A stretch of DNA of 64,000 nucleotides, from assembly GCA_002011125.2 (NCBI GenBank), contig MTMF02000009.1, forward strand, positions 1,224,989-1,288,988, written 5' to 3'. Each line of letters opens with the position of its first letter. The first letter of the stretch is position 1. Shown here in pieces: positions 10,493-20,685 of the stretch. Below the pieces are notes generated by a model. The model ran no database searches, was not told where the DNA came from, and saw nothing but the letters and a program-made list of their open reading frames with translations. The position numbers and the translations under genes are program-made. The DNA comes from Candidatus Hydrothermarchaeum profundi (lineage in GTDB: Archaea > Hydrothermarchaeota > Hydrothermarchaeia > Hydrothermarchaeales > Hydrothermarchaeaceae).

Positions 10493-11948
10493 ATACGACA
10501 AATTTGCTATATTAGTAGCAGTAGTATACTCCCTTATCATATTCTTTATTTCACCCATTCAACTCCCTATTGTAGATGATGCTGGATATGCAGATGTCGC
10601 GCAGAGCATCTTTCTTAGACATTCTTTCCAGACCAATTTTGAAACAGATGTGATAACTGCTCCAGGATTGCCCTTCCTTTTAGCCGGAGCAATGTTTCTC
10701 TTTGGGAATTTATTTATTAAGTCTTTTTTAGTCATCATATCTTTTTCCACAATTATTTCTGCCTATTTACTTGTAAAAGAACTTAAAAATGAGAGAATAG
10801 CGTTCTTTTCATCTTTATTCATGATTTTTATACCGGAGTTCATATGGGCGTCTGGAGTACTACTGTCTGATGTACCTTTCCTACCTTTTCTATTCATGGC
10901 GATGTATTTTTACTTAAAGACACTAAAAGGAGGTAAAAATCTCTCGGCCGCTCTTTGTGGGATTTTCACAGGCGTTTCTATTCTAATAAGATATGTTGGA
11001 TTAGTGTTGCCGTTCATATTCCTCATTCACTACTTGACAGTGAGGCATAAGATGAGGGTATCCTTTACGCAAGTACTCCTCTTCATTCTATTACTCCTGT
11101 CCTCTCTAGCTCCGTGGACTTTAAGGGAGATATCATTTGGCACTTATCCCGGTGCAAGCCATATTGAACGCTTTGAAAAAAGCGAGGTATATGGCGTTTT
11201 TGATATTGAAGTATACTCCGTAAACTATCCTTCTGGGAGCATACGGGAAAGGGGAATTGATATAAACATTAAGACTCCCGTAGAGGCTTTTCTGACTACA
11301 AGAATATTCGGTATAATGATTCTCTATTTGACTCCTGTAGTTGTTATAGTATTTGTAGTTAGACTTTTTAAGATGAAGTATTCATGGGAAGATAAGCTTT
11401 TATTGCTCTGGATTGGAATTTTTATATTGTTTCATATTTTCGTTCCTAACGATTTTTCTGTAAGGTATATATTGCCATTCTCACTTCCGCTTATGGTCAT
11501 ATTTAGTGAGGCAATGCTGGAAATAATACACCGAAAAATAATCATAGCACTTGTTTTAGGAGTTTTTATTATATCATCAAGTACGCTAATGTTCCATGAT
11601 TATAATAATAGGTGGAAAAAAGCAGATACTACGGTTTACATGGAAGCTGGAAAATGGTTGAAAGAAAATACTGAGGAGACGCAAGTAATTTACGGCTTCG
11701 GTGTATCCGAGGGAGCTATACCTTTCTATGCTAATAGGAAATACATTTCACTAGGAGATCCAACTACAACGGAGGATATAATGAGGATAAAAAAAGTCAA
11801 TCCTGAAATATTGCTGGTAGGAAAAATGGAACCGATTTTTCACAGGAAGTTCAATGAAACTAAAGTGATTAACCAGCTTGGAGACTATCATCTTGTGAAA
11901 TCCTTTGAAGATAACAATTTTTATGTCCATATCTATGTGAGGAGGTAG
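10479..11948 (+). CDS. GT-C (ArnT/PMT-like) membrane glycosyltransferase
   Basis: VDDAGY after TM1, APGLP, LLSDVP, IRY, RYILP, WLKENT C-terminal domain. Confidence 0.82.
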   Translation: MRLSKYDKFAILVAVVYSLIIFFISPIQLPIVDDAGYADVAQSIFLRHSFQTNFETDVITAPGLPFLLAGAMFLFGNLFIKSFLVIISFSTIISAYLLVKELKNERIAFFSSLFMIFIPEFIWASGVLLSDVPFLPFLFMAMYFYLKTLKGGKNLSAALCGIFTGVSILIRYVGLVLPFIFLIHYLTVRHKMRVSFTQVLLFILLLLSSLAPWTLREISFGTYPGASHIERFEKSEVYGVFDIEVYSVNYPSGSIRERGIDINIKTPVEAFLTTRIFGIMILYLTPVVVIVFVVRLFKMKYSWEDKLLLLWIGIFILFHIFVPNDFSVRYILPFSLPLMVIFSEAMLEIIHRKIIIALVLGVFIISSSTLMFHDYNNRWKKADTTVYMEAGKWLKENTEETQVIYGFGVSEGAIPFYANRKYISLGDPTTTEDIMRIKKVNPEILLVGKMEPIFHRKFNETKVINQLGDYHLVKSFEDNNFYVHIYVRR

Positions 11949-11950
11949 CC

Positions 11951-12619
11951 TTGATAGTAGCTGTTATCCCGGTGTATAACGAAGCATCTACTATTTCACG
12001 TGTAGTTGAGGAAACTAAGAAATATGTGGACTTAGTAGTAGTGGTAGACGATGGCTCTACCGATGGTACTCGAAAAGTGTTAAAAAATTTAAACGGCAAG
12101 GTATTTGTTCATACGCACATCGTTAATAGAGGGGTGGGAGCAGCAACGGCTACCGGTATAACGGCTGCATTGAACTCTGGAGCGGATATTATAGTAACTT
12201 TAGATGCAGACCTTCAGCATAAACCAAGAGATATTCCTAGATTAATCGAACCTATAGTTCGTGGAGAGGCAGATGTTGTTATAGGCTCAAGGTTCAAGAA
12301 GCCTCCTCAGGGCATGCCGTTTACCAAGATAATTGGTAACAAACTGTTGAATTTTATTACTAAGGTATTATATGGATTTGAAAGTACTGATACGCAGAGT
12401 GGATTTAAAGCGTTTAGTAGAAAAGCGGCATCAAAAATTGAGATTACAGTTGATAAATATGGATTCTGCTCAGAAATAATAGGGGAGATTAAGAAAAATA
12501 ATCTGAAGATGAAAGAGGTTCCCATAGATGTTATATATTTAGATAAACAAAAAGGAACCAGTATAATAGACGGCATTGGAATAGCCGTTGATTTGATACT
12601 TAAGAGGTTTAGCAGATGA
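11951..12619 (+). CDS. GT2 polyprenol-phosphate glycosyltransferase (DPM1/ArnC-like)
   Basis: IPVYNE, VDDGSTD, NRGVG, DADLQH, GSRF, DTQSGFKAF. Confidence 0.92.
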   Translation: MIVAVIPVYNEASTISRVVEETKKYVDLVVVVDDGSTDGTRKVLKNLNGKVFVHTHIVNRGVGAATATGITAALNSGADIIVTLDADLQHKPRDIPRLIEPIVRGEADVVIGSRFKKPPQGMPFTKIIGNKLLNFITKVLYGFESTDTQSGFKAFSRKAASKIEITVDKYGFCSEIIGEIKKNNLKMKEVPIDVIYLDKQKGTSIIDGIGIAVDLILKRFSR

Positions 12620-12945
12620 CATTAATACAAATCCTAGGTCTCTTCGTACTTATTGGAATCCTTTTCTATCTTATTAAAAGTGCAAAAAAAAGAGTAGATG
12701 CTGCCATTTTGTTAACTATAATGATTTTTGTGTTGTTGCTCATCATAGCTATTATCCCACAGAAACTTGAGAGTTTTTTAGAGCAGATTGGGTTCTGGAG
12801 ACCCTTTGATGCATTTTTGACACTACTTTCCACGACATCCTTAATTTTAGCATTAAAAATATATCTGAAACAAAAAGAAGCAGAAAAAGCAATCACAAAG
12901 ATTATTCAACACTTGGCATTAAACAAGGAAAAAGAAAATAAGTGA
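12616..12945 (+). CDS. DUF2304-like small membrane protein (GT2 partner)
   Basis: Three TM helices, IGFWRP, ITKIIQHLAL tail; ATGA overlap with the GT2 gene. Confidence 0.75.
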   Translation: MTLIQILGLFVLIGILFYLIKSAKKRVDAAILLTIMIFVLLLIIAIIPQKLESFLEQIGFWRPFDAFLTLLSTTSLILALKIYLKQKEAEKAITKIIQHLALNKEKENK

Positions 12946-12988
12946 AATCTCTTTCTTTAGCATAATTTTATGGACAAACCTTCTCATT

Positions 12989-14566
12989 TTATATTTTTTT
13001 CGTCTTCTTTAAGTATCTTATTTTGTCTTTAATACGTTTTTTCTCATTTTCATTTGATTTTTGGTACACAATAGATCTTTTTGCAGGATCGCTATCTGCT
13101 CTAAAAATCTCTTTTAGGACTCTACCGTCCATATCAGTAGGTATTGATACATCTAGGAGATGCAGAACAGTCGGAGCAATATCAAATATTGTCGCACTAG
13201 TGATTTTTTTCCCACTTCTAAAATCAGGGCCGTATCCAACGAAAATTCCATTTAGTCTATGGGATCCTGTATGAGTTAAAGAAAATGGCTCATTTTTAAA
13301 TAAATAGTTCTTATTTAAGTTTTCCTCTATAATGCAACTCCAATCGTTTATCGTAAATAAGATATCTGGGAGTGTATCTATTTTATCTCCATTATATATC
13401 TTATAAGGATCAAAAAATTTTACTTTAAGATCCTCTCTAATATCTTTATTAATTCTTTTTAGCCCGCTTATAAGTTCGTGTTTCAAATTTTCGAAATTTT
13501 TTGTATTTCTCTTTATATAAATCGCCCCAAAGGGGATAGTATGTCCTATCGAGTAAGCCTTACTTTTTTCAAAATTTATCTGATTCAATGTCGAACCAAT
13601 AATTTCATCACGAATATTTTTAAACATACTTTGAGGTATGAGCTTTTCAAAAACCGAGTAGATATTTCTTAAAAATATTTCATATTTATGGAATATGGCG
13701 TGAAATCCTGACGAAAAGTTTCTCTTTTTACATAAATATCCCTGCCTTTCTAGCCATTTTGCTAAGTTAAAACAGCCTAATTGCGGTCCAAAACCATGAT
13801 CTGAAACAATCAAGATATTTGTGTCTTTACCTACTTTTTTAATGATTTTCGTAAGTGCTAAATCAAACTCGGTCCAAAAACTTAGTAATTTTTCCTCATA
13901 TTCATTTTTGCCAGGATATAATGGATGTTTTTTATCAATATACATCCACATACTGTGTTGAATCCAATCCGTAAGTGAAAATATAGATATCGCAAGACTC
14001 CATTCATACTTTTCAAGTAAATAAAGGTCAACTTTGAGCTTATTGGCTAAAAATTCCTTAATATCTTTCAGATACTTGTTAAAATCTTTATATCTCATAT
14101 AATCTAGATCAATTCTATAGTTTGGTGCAATTTCGAGTATCTCTTGCTTGACGTTTTTAGGAAAAGTAAATTCATCTGCCACAGCAGAACCCAGTCCGGA
14201 TATAAGTATCCCATTTATATTATAGGGGGGATATACCATTGGATAATTGATTATTATTTTTTTTGAGTTGATGCATTCCCAAAAAGGTCTATTTTTCCTA
14301 AAATCATTAGAATTAATAGGTCTTAGTGCATTCCCCTCCTTGATTAGGAAATCGATAACCCCCGTTTTTCCAGGATTTTTGCCGGTTGCTAATGACAGCC
14401 AACTCGCTCCTGTTACGGGGGGAATCGTTGATTTCAAATCTCCAGCTATGCCATTACTTACTAATCTTTTAAGAGTGGGCATTACGTTGGCATTGCATAG
14501 TGGCTCTAAGACGGACCATGTCCCTCCATCTATACCAATAATTAAAAGTTTTCTATTATTACACAT
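12989..14566 (-). CDS. Alkaline-phosphatase superfamily (nucleotide pyrophosphatase/phosphodiesterase-type) protein
   Basis: IIGIDGGTW, STIPPVT..SW..TGKNPGKTG, VSDHGF, GSHRLNGIF, DIAPTVL, MDGRVL; no signal peptide. Confidence 0.88.
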   Translation of the reverse strand: MCNNRKLLIIGIDGGTWSVLEPLCNANVMPTLKRLVSNGIAGDLKSTIPPVTGASWLSLATGKNPGKTGVIDFLIKEGNALRPINSNDFRKNRPFWECINSKKIIINYPMVYPPYNINGILISGLGSAVADEFTFPKNVKQEILEIAPNYRIDLDYMRYKDFNKYLKDIKEFLANKLKVDLYLLEKYEWSLAISIFSLTDWIQHSMWMYIDKKHPLYPGKNEYEEKLLSFWTEFDLALTKIIKKVGKDTNILIVSDHGFGPQLGCFNLAKWLERQGYLCKKRNFSSGFHAIFHKYEIFLRNIYSVFEKLIPQSMFKNIRDEIIGSTLNQINFEKSKAYSIGHTIPFGAIYIKRNTKNFENLKHELISGLKRINKDIREDLKVKFFDPYKIYNGDKIDTLPDILFTINDWSCIIEENLNKNYLFKNEPFSLTHTGSHRLNGIFVGYGPDFRSGKKITSATIFDIAPTVLHLLDVSIPTDMDGRVLKEIFRADSDPAKRSIVYQKSNENEKKRIKDKIRYLKKTKKI

Positions 14567-14755
14567 TTTTCTTTATAAAAAGTACTCTATTTCTTTTAAG
14601 CTATTACAATTTCTATATTTAGTGTAATATCTTGAAATTTAACATACTTTTTACATTTAAAACATACTGGATTCCATTTTTTCATAGACGTTATATTACC
14701 TAGATGATGGTTTGGTATAGCGTTTGTATTCTTGATTGTTGCATGTATAAATTAA

Positions 14756-14953
14756 TTAAAGATAACCAAGTTTTTGGAGGCGCTTTTTTATTTTCTCTTC
14801 ATCTTCTTCGGTCAGGCGCTCTTCATCTTCTTCCTCTTTAACGATCTCTTCAAGAACGAATGTTATATACTCTGAAACGGATTTGAATTCTGTACCTCTA
14901 ATCCTTTTTTCAATTTTTCTATATAGTTCTGGAGATATCTGAATTTTTTTCAT
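14756..14953 (-). CDS. CopG/ribbon-helix-helix-like small protein with RLxxLGYL tail
   Basis: KIQISPELYRKIEKRI..FKSVSEYITFVLEE (RHH pattern), acidic linker, KKRLQKLGYL C-terminus. Confidence 0.8.
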   Translation of the reverse strand: MKKIQISPELYRKIEKRIRGTEFKSVSEYITFVLEEIVKEEEDEERLTEEDEEKIKKRLQKLGYL

Positions 14954-15137
14954 CTATTTAAAATTAATAGGTATTGAATAAAAGTTTTTGTTCGTCTAAT
15001 TATCCTCAATTATTTATAAATGGAGATATACAAATCAACTATATTAAATTTCAATAGACTGAGAGGAGTAAAGGCTCTCACATAATAACTCAACTAAAAC
15101 TCAGTTTTGATAATTTCACAAAAGAGAAAAAAAGATG

Positions 15138-16166
15138 TTAAATAAATCTTTTGATAAAACTCCAATAGCAATTTAGAATAGGGTTAAGAATTTTATCTAA
15201 TAGTGGATTTTTAATGCCGCTAAAATCTATAGTACCAACATAAAGTTTCACTATTTCTGAATCAGGTACTTTTCTTTTTGATTGAATTTCTGATCTTTTT
15301 TTTAATGTCTTTCTAATGTATTTTAGATTCCACAGATATCCTTTAACTTTCATCCAAAACCAGCCGGTAATTAGAGCATAACTAAGGATGGATAACTCTA
15401 AAATGAGTAAAGCTGGGGAAATAAGTAATAGAGTCTTCAAGTTATAATTTTTTAGGAGTGTCGTAATCCTATTTCTTTCTAAATAGTAGAGCTTGATTTT
15501 ATTATTAAGATTAAAGGCATATTTGTGGTAGACAATAGATCTAGGAGCAAAATAAATCTTATATCCTGCTAATCTAGTTCTCCAGCTTAAGTCACTATCT
15601 TCACAATAAATAAAATAATCTTCATCAAATAATCCTACTTTTTCCAAAACTTCTCTTTTAAATAGGGAATACCCGCCACAGGCAAAGCTAATTTCTCTTT
15701 TGCCATATTGCCCTTTATCTTCATCGTTGAACCCAATTGACCAAGCATGCCCTAAGTAATTAAGGACTCCACCAGCGGAATCTAAAATATCCCGATTATC
15801 AAATAAAAGGGCTTTGGATGTGCAAGCTCCAATTTCGGGATTAGACTCAGCCACTTTTATAAGCTCCCCAAGCCAGTTTCTATCGACTTCTGTATCTGGG
15901 TTCAGAAAGGCGATATAATCAACTTTATTTTCTAATGCAACTTTAGCAGCTAGATTATTTCCCTTGGCAAATCCGTAATTTTTCTTATTTTCTAAGATTT
16001 TTACTGTGGGAAATTTTTTTTTAACAAAATTTACACTTTCATCGGTAGATCCATTATCACTCAAAATTATCTCAAAATCCTTAAATGTTTGGTTCAGTAG
16101 ACTCGGCAAACAAGTTTCTAAGTGATGCTTCTCATTTGTATTTAAAACAATCACACAAGCTTTCAT
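15138..16166 (-). CDS. GT2 glycosyltransferase
   Basis: DNGSTD, NYGFAKGNN, LNPD, FDEDYFIYCEDSDLSWR. Confidence 0.92.
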   Translation of the reverse strand: MKACVIVLNTNEKHHLETCLPSLLNQTFKDFEIILSDNGSTDESVNFVKKKFPTVKILENKKNYGFAKGNNLAAKVALENKVDYIAFLNPDTEVDRNWLGELIKVAESNPEIGACTSKALLFDNRDILDSAGGVLNYLGHAWSIGFNDEDKGQYGKREISFACGGYSLFKREVLEKVGLFDEDYFIYCEDSDLSWRTRLAGYKIYFAPRSIVYHKYAFNLNNKIKLYYLERNRITTLLKNYNLKTLLLISPALLILELSILSYALITGWFWMKVKGYLWNLKYIRKTLKKRSEIQSKRKVPDSEIVKLYVGTIDFSGIKNPLLDKILNPILNCYWSFIKRFI

Positions 16167-16214
16167 ACCATCACTTTATTTTCTAAAATTATATAAAGTA
16201 ACATTAATTTACTA

Positions 16215-17063
16215 CTATAAAAGTTCCTTTAATGGCACGAAGTTAAATTTTTTAAAAAGCTCTTCTAGCTTATTTATAGTTGTATGGATCCCATAATAAC
16301 TTATGAAACTGTTCCACTTGGAAATTCCAAGCCTTGGTGTTGATGGGTAAATATCCCTAGGGTGTACATATATGATTGCAGGCCGTCCTTCTTTATTCAC
16401 TTTTTCCACACTATATTTTAGGAACCACTTAGGTAGTACTCGCAGATAGAATCCGCCAGAAAAAGGAATTTTGAACCCGAATTTCTTTAATATCGTAATG
16501 GGAAACTCTACTAAATTCCTATCCGCCTCTAATGTAATATCTTCTCTAGAAGGACTATAGGGGTATAATGGAGCATTAGAGATACCATAAATAGTGGTCT
16601 TCATAGGGAAAACACTTGAATCATACCTATATCCAAATTCCTCTAAGATATCCAATGCCCATTTAGTGCTATTATTCAAAGAGAAATTTGATGCCCGATA
16701 GCCTAGTGGCTTTCTACCGGTTATATCCTGTAGTAAATTGGTGCTTTTTTCGATTTCCTCTCTGAACTCTTCTTGGGTCATTTTATGAAGTGGTCTGTGG
16801 GAATAACCATGGGATGCGATTTCATGTTCCTTAGATATTTCTTTAATGAGTTCTAGATGTTTCTCAGCTAACTTGCCCAGTACAAAAAAAGTTGCTTTAA
16901 CATGATATTTTTTAAGCAATTCCAAAAGAGGCTTTACGGACTCTAGTACTTGATCTTCAAACTCTGGCGAAGACTCTGCCCACCGAATATTATTTGGTAG
17001 TGCTTTATAGAGGTACTCATTACACCACCAGAACTCTAGGTCAACAGTTAATGAATTTTTCAT
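16215..17063 (-). CDS. Polysaccharide deacetylase (CE4, DUF3473-type)
   Basis: TVDLE, ATFFVLG, EIASHGYSH, GYRA, YDSS, GGFYLR, YVHP; likely start ATG 17063. Confidence 0.88.
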   Translation of the reverse strand: MKNSLTVDLEFWWCNEYLYKALPNNIRWAESSPEFEDQVLESVKPLLELLKKYHVKATFFVLGKLAEKHLELIKEISKEHEIASHGYSHRPLHKMTQEEFREEIEKSTNLLQDITGRKPLGYRASNFSLNNSTKWALDILEEFGYRYDSSVFPMKTTIYGISNAPLYPYSPSREDITLEADRNLVEFPITILKKFGFKIPFSGGFYLRVLPKWFLKYSVEKVNKEGRPAIIYVHPRDIYPSTPRLGISKWNSFISYYGIHTTINKLEELFKKFNFVPLKELL

Positions 17064-17068
17064 TTTAA

Positions 17069-18052
17069 TTATCCTATTTGCTTTATTAACCAAGGCCCGA
17101 GTTTTTTTGCCAAGAAGTTCGGCATTAGTTTACTCCAAAGCTTAGAAATACCTCTATACCTTATTTCTTGTCTCTCCTTTAATTCCCTTTTGTAAAATTT
17201 ATAATAGTAAGTCATAGGAACTTCTTCGCCACCCCAGCCCTTTTTAAAGGAATAGACGCCTGAATCTTTCCTAGTCCTCCCGAAATCGAAAACTTTTAAT
17301 CCTGAATCGCATCCTTCTTTGATCATAGACCATAAAAGTAGATTATTAGGTCTTAGATTTTGGTATTTAAGAGAAGAGGTACTAGAATAATAGTAAATTA
17401 TGTCTTCGAAAATAAAAAAAAGCATGCCTGCGATGCGGGTACCCTTATATTCTGCAAGCCTTATTTTACACGTAGGGAGCTTTGAGAGTCTTTCAAAAAA
17501 ATAATATGATTGGGGAGGGCTGCCCAGCTTCTTCATGGTTTCTAAATATAGGTTATAAAAATCCTTTAAATCCATAGAATTACTAGCTTTTTTTACTTCT
17601 ACTCCACTCTTCTTGGCCTTCCTAACCGCATTTCTAGTTTTTTTGTTTAGATTTCTCCAGATCTCTTTCTCTCCCTTACTTAACTCCAGTTTAAAGGTAC
17701 AGTAATCTATTCTACTTTTGAAGCCATTTTCAATGAGAATATTTGTTAATTCACCTCGAGGGCATCTAACCTCAATAAAGTCTAAATTTAGCTCTCTACA
17801 AATATTCCAGAGAACTCCGATCAATTTCTCAACTTCCGTCACTTCCCCACATGGTCCCCCATAGTCAGAGAAGGGAAGAGATATCAATCTATTCCCAAAA
17901 AGCCTACTTTTTACTAAGGCGAGAGGGAATATGGCCCTATCTTCCTTCAGCTTAAAAATCCTATATCCATGAATATCTTCTAGCACCTTAAGCCAAGCTT
18001 CCGATAAGAAGAAGCTACCTTCATATTCACTTATGATGTTATTCCACTCCAT
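17069..18052 (-). CDS. FemAB-related GNAT acyl/aminoacyltransferase
   Basis: LISLPFSDYGG, RNAVRKAKKSG, PNNLLLW, FDFGRT, FKKGWG. Confidence 0.85.
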   Translation of the reverse strand: MEWNNIISEYEGSFFLSEAWLKVLEDIHGYRIFKLKEDRAIFPLALVKSRLFGNRLISLPFSDYGGPCGEVTEVEKLIGVLWNICRELNLDFIEVRCPRGELTNILIENGFKSRIDYCTFKLELSKGEKEIWRNLNKKTRNAVRKAKKSGVEVKKASNSMDLKDFYNLYLETMKKLGSPPQSYYFFERLSKLPTCKIRLAEYKGTRIAGMLFFIFEDIIYYYSSTSSLKYQNLRPNNLLLWSMIKEGCDSGLKVFDFGRTRKDSGVYSFKKGWGGEEVPMTYYYKFYKRELKERQEIRYRGISKLWSKLMPNFLAKKLGPWLIKQIG

Positions 18053-19098
18053 CAGAATCCCGATTTATACCTAAGATAATTTATTCTCTTGTACAAGGGA
18101 AGGAAATAGGGTAGCAGTATTTGTTTGAAAATCTTGTATCTCAAGGGGAAGATAATTCTGTTACTGTATTGCATCTCTTGGACAAACTTGCCTCCAAAAC
18201 CTTTTTTAAAAGTGTATAAACCGTATTTTGGATGTTTTTTATCGGGAATGCAAGGGCTTCCATAAAGATCAAGATATTTGTATCCATTTTCTGATCCCCA
18301 TTTCATCATCTCCCATACTATAAGCGTGTTAGCGTTTAAGCCCCAATATTTTTCTAGCGAGGCATTATTGAAATAGCTTATAGTATCCTTATAAAACAAG
18401 AAAACCGTCTCAGCTATAGCCTTTTCATCGTATTTAGCTATCAAAAATCGTGCAAGATTGTTTGGAGCCATCTCTCTCCAAATTGATTTAAAGTACTTTT
18501 CGGACAGGGGAATCATATTCTTAATATTGACCGCTCTACTTATGTAAACATTATAAGCTTCCTTTAATTTTTCATATGAATCGACTTCTTCCACAGTAAC
18601 TCCAAATTTGATTGCTTTTCTTATGGCATTCCTTGTTTTTTTGTTTAGTTTTTTCCACATTATTTCCTCTGAGGTAAGTTCAACTTTAAAGGAGCAGGCG
18701 ACCGCCAATTCATCAACTTCAAATCCTAGTCTAGAGACCTCCTTTTTAGTTAAAACAAAAGGTGTCCTGAGTTGTATGCCGAAGCAAGATTTATCTTTAG
18801 CAATTCTGCTGATTTTATCTAGAATAAGACTTAGGGCTTTATAATCTATTTTATTTAAAACAGGACCTGAAACTACAAACATTTGCTTTATAAACTTCGT
18901 CCTAGGTATGTAAAAAAAAGTTCCGCCAATTATTGTATCTTTTTCTTTCACCAATAGTAAAGAAACATCAAATCCGCTATTTCTCAAGGATGTAGCAAAT
19001 TCTTTGGTTTGGAATATATTTCCATAAATTGCCTTTTGATTGAAAGAATTCCATTCTTCCCATTCTGAAGGACCAGCGATGTTGGCATCCATTTCCAA
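18052..19098 (-). CDS. FemABX-family GNAT (peptidoglycan-bridge transferase-like)
   Basis: IFQT, RNAIRKAIKFGV, ANTLIVWEMMKW, YLDLYG, GLYTFKKGFGG. Confidence 0.85.
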   Translation of the reverse strand: MEMDANIAGPSEWEEWNSFNQKAIYGNIFQTKEFATSLRNSGFDVSLLLVKEKDTIIGGTFFYIPRTKFIKQMFVVSGPVLNKIDYKALSLILDKISRIAKDKSCFGIQLRTPFVLTKKEVSRLGFEVDELAVACSFKVELTSEEIMWKKLNKKTRNAIRKAIKFGVTVEEVDSYEKLKEAYNVYISRAVNIKNMIPLSEKYFKSIWREMAPNNLARFLIAKYDEKAIAETVFLFYKDTISYFNNASLEKYWGLNANTLIVWEMMKWGSENGYKYLDLYGSPCIPDKKHPKYGLYTFKKGFGGKFVQEMQYSNRIIFPLRYKIFKQILLPYFLPLYKRINYLRYKSGF

Positions 19099-19101
19099 AT
19101 C

Positions 19102-19464
19102 CTAGAATTTGTTAATACTTATGACGCCTATGAATATTAATATAGCTCCCATAATTCTCCCAATGCTAAGTGACTCTCCGAGCAATATATAAGAACCTGC
19201 GATTAAGGCGATATAATTAAATCCTGCGATCGTCAGCCCGGTTACTATTGCACTCCCATATTTCAATGCTATGATTGAGGTAATATATCCCAAAACGCTC
19301 ATTGAAAAAGATATAACGACATCTCTAGTTGTAGCGAGGTCCTTTATAATTTTTAATGGGCCTCCTGTAAATGATACTTCAACTACGCCTGACCGCATAA
19401 ACACGATTGCAAGGCCAAAGAGTATTCCTGAAACCATTGAGAGTAAAATTCCTGCTTCTCTCAT
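19102..19464 (-). CDS. Small 4-TM DMT/EamA (ArnE/ArnF-like) membrane protein
   Basis: 120 aa, four hydrophobic helices, LLGESLS..RIMGAILIFIGV tail. Confidence 0.75.
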   Translation of the reverse strand: MREAGILLSMVSGILFGLAIVFMRSGVVEVSFTGGPLKIIKDLATTRDVVISFSMSVLGYITSIIALKYGSAIVTGLTIAGFNYIALIAGSYILLGESLSIGRIMGAILIFIGVISINKF

Positions 19465-19506
19465 TCGAGCATTAATAAATATATGATGGCATATAAACCT
19501 ATTGTG

Positions 19507-20640
19507 ATGAAACTTTTGGTCCTAGGTTCCAAGGAGTTTCCCTTAGGAACATCCGATGACCCCCTTCCTTCAGGGGGAATTGAGGTTTACATAGAAAATT
19601 TCTTAAAAGCGCTTCAGGAGCGAGGAATAGAAATTTTAGTTATAACTAGAAAGTTTCCAGGAGTCCCTAAAAGAGAAGTTACGGGATCAATAGAGATACT
19701 TAGAGTTCCATGGATAAAGGGCTTTTATTTTAGGAATATAAGCTTCAACTTCGCAGCATTCCTCTCAGCGCTTCGTAAAGATTACGATATAATTCACGCT
19801 AATGGTCCGATTGGAAGTTTTTTTGGCATGCTCTTATCAAAGGTGAAAGGAGTTCCTTTAATAGCAGTACCTCATGGGCTTACCCTTGAGCAACCTCAGT
19901 ATAACCGTGTAATTAGAAAGACGTTCGCCATGCTGGAAAAGTTTGTGTATTCTAGGGTAGATCATGTAGTATTTTTGTCGGAGCAAGAAAAAGACCAATT
20001 TATAAAGAAACTTGGGTTCCTACCTACATCTTGGAGCATTATATCCCCTGGAATAGACTTCCTTAAGATAGAATCTGAAAAATCAGATAGTGCAAAAAAA
20101 GATTTCGGGATTAAAAAAGAAGTCGTTATTACCTTCACAGGAAGACTTATTGGAGTAAAGGGAGTCGAGTATCTGGTAAAAGCTGCTCGATATTTAGAAG
20201 GAGACTTTAAAATTTTAATTGTAGGTGATGGGCCTGAGAGGCAAAAACTCGAGAGACTAGTCTCGGATTCAGGGCTTACCAAAAGAATAATCTTTACAGG
20301 ACATCGCAAGGATGTACCAAATATTTTAGCTATTTCCGATATATTTGTGCTTCCCAGCATCTCAGAGGGCCTCCCTACCTCTTTACTCGAAGCCATGGCA
20401 ACGGGTTTGCCTTGCGTCGTGACGGATATAGGACTCCCAGTAGTTAATGGAGAGACCGCACTCGTAGTACCTTCCTGCAATGAAAAGGAACTCGCTAATG
20501 CGATTAACAAATTATTGAAAGATGTAGAACTGAGAAAAATATTAGGCAAAAAGGCCAAAAGAGAGATAATGACCAAGTACTCATGGGATAAAGCAGTAGA
20601 ATCCTATAAAAAGATTTTTCACTGCTTGTTAGAGAGATGA
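19507..20640 (+). CDS. GT4 glycosyltransferase
   Basis: SGGIE, FTGRLIGVKG, PSISEGLPTSLLEAMATG; likely start ATG 19507. Confidence 0.92.
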   Translation: MKLLVLGSKEFPLGTSDDPLPSGGIEVYIENFLKALQERGIEILVITRKFPGVPKREVTGSIEILRVPWIKGFYFRNISFNFAAFLSALRKDYDIIHANGPIGSFFGMLLSKVKGVPLIAVPHGLTLEQPQYNRVIRKTFAMLEKFVYSRVDHVVFLSEQEKDQFIKKLGFLPTSWSIISPGIDFLKIESEKSDSAKKDFGIKKEVVITFTGRLIGVKGVEYLVKAARYLEGDFKILIVGDGPERQKLERLVSDSGLTKRIIFTGHRKDVPNILAISDIFVLPSISEGLPTSLLEAMATGLPCVVTDIGLPVVNGETALVVPSCNEKELANAINKLLKDVELRKILGKKAKREIMTKYSWDKAVESYKKIFHCLLER

Positions 20641-20685
20641 ACAACTCATTTGTAAATAGTGGTTTTTGAATAGTCTCCTATCCCT

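Noticed and set aside
19962-20576. 204-aa antisense ORF
   Set aside because: Shadow of the GT4 gene; Ser/Ile/Phe-rich with no motifs
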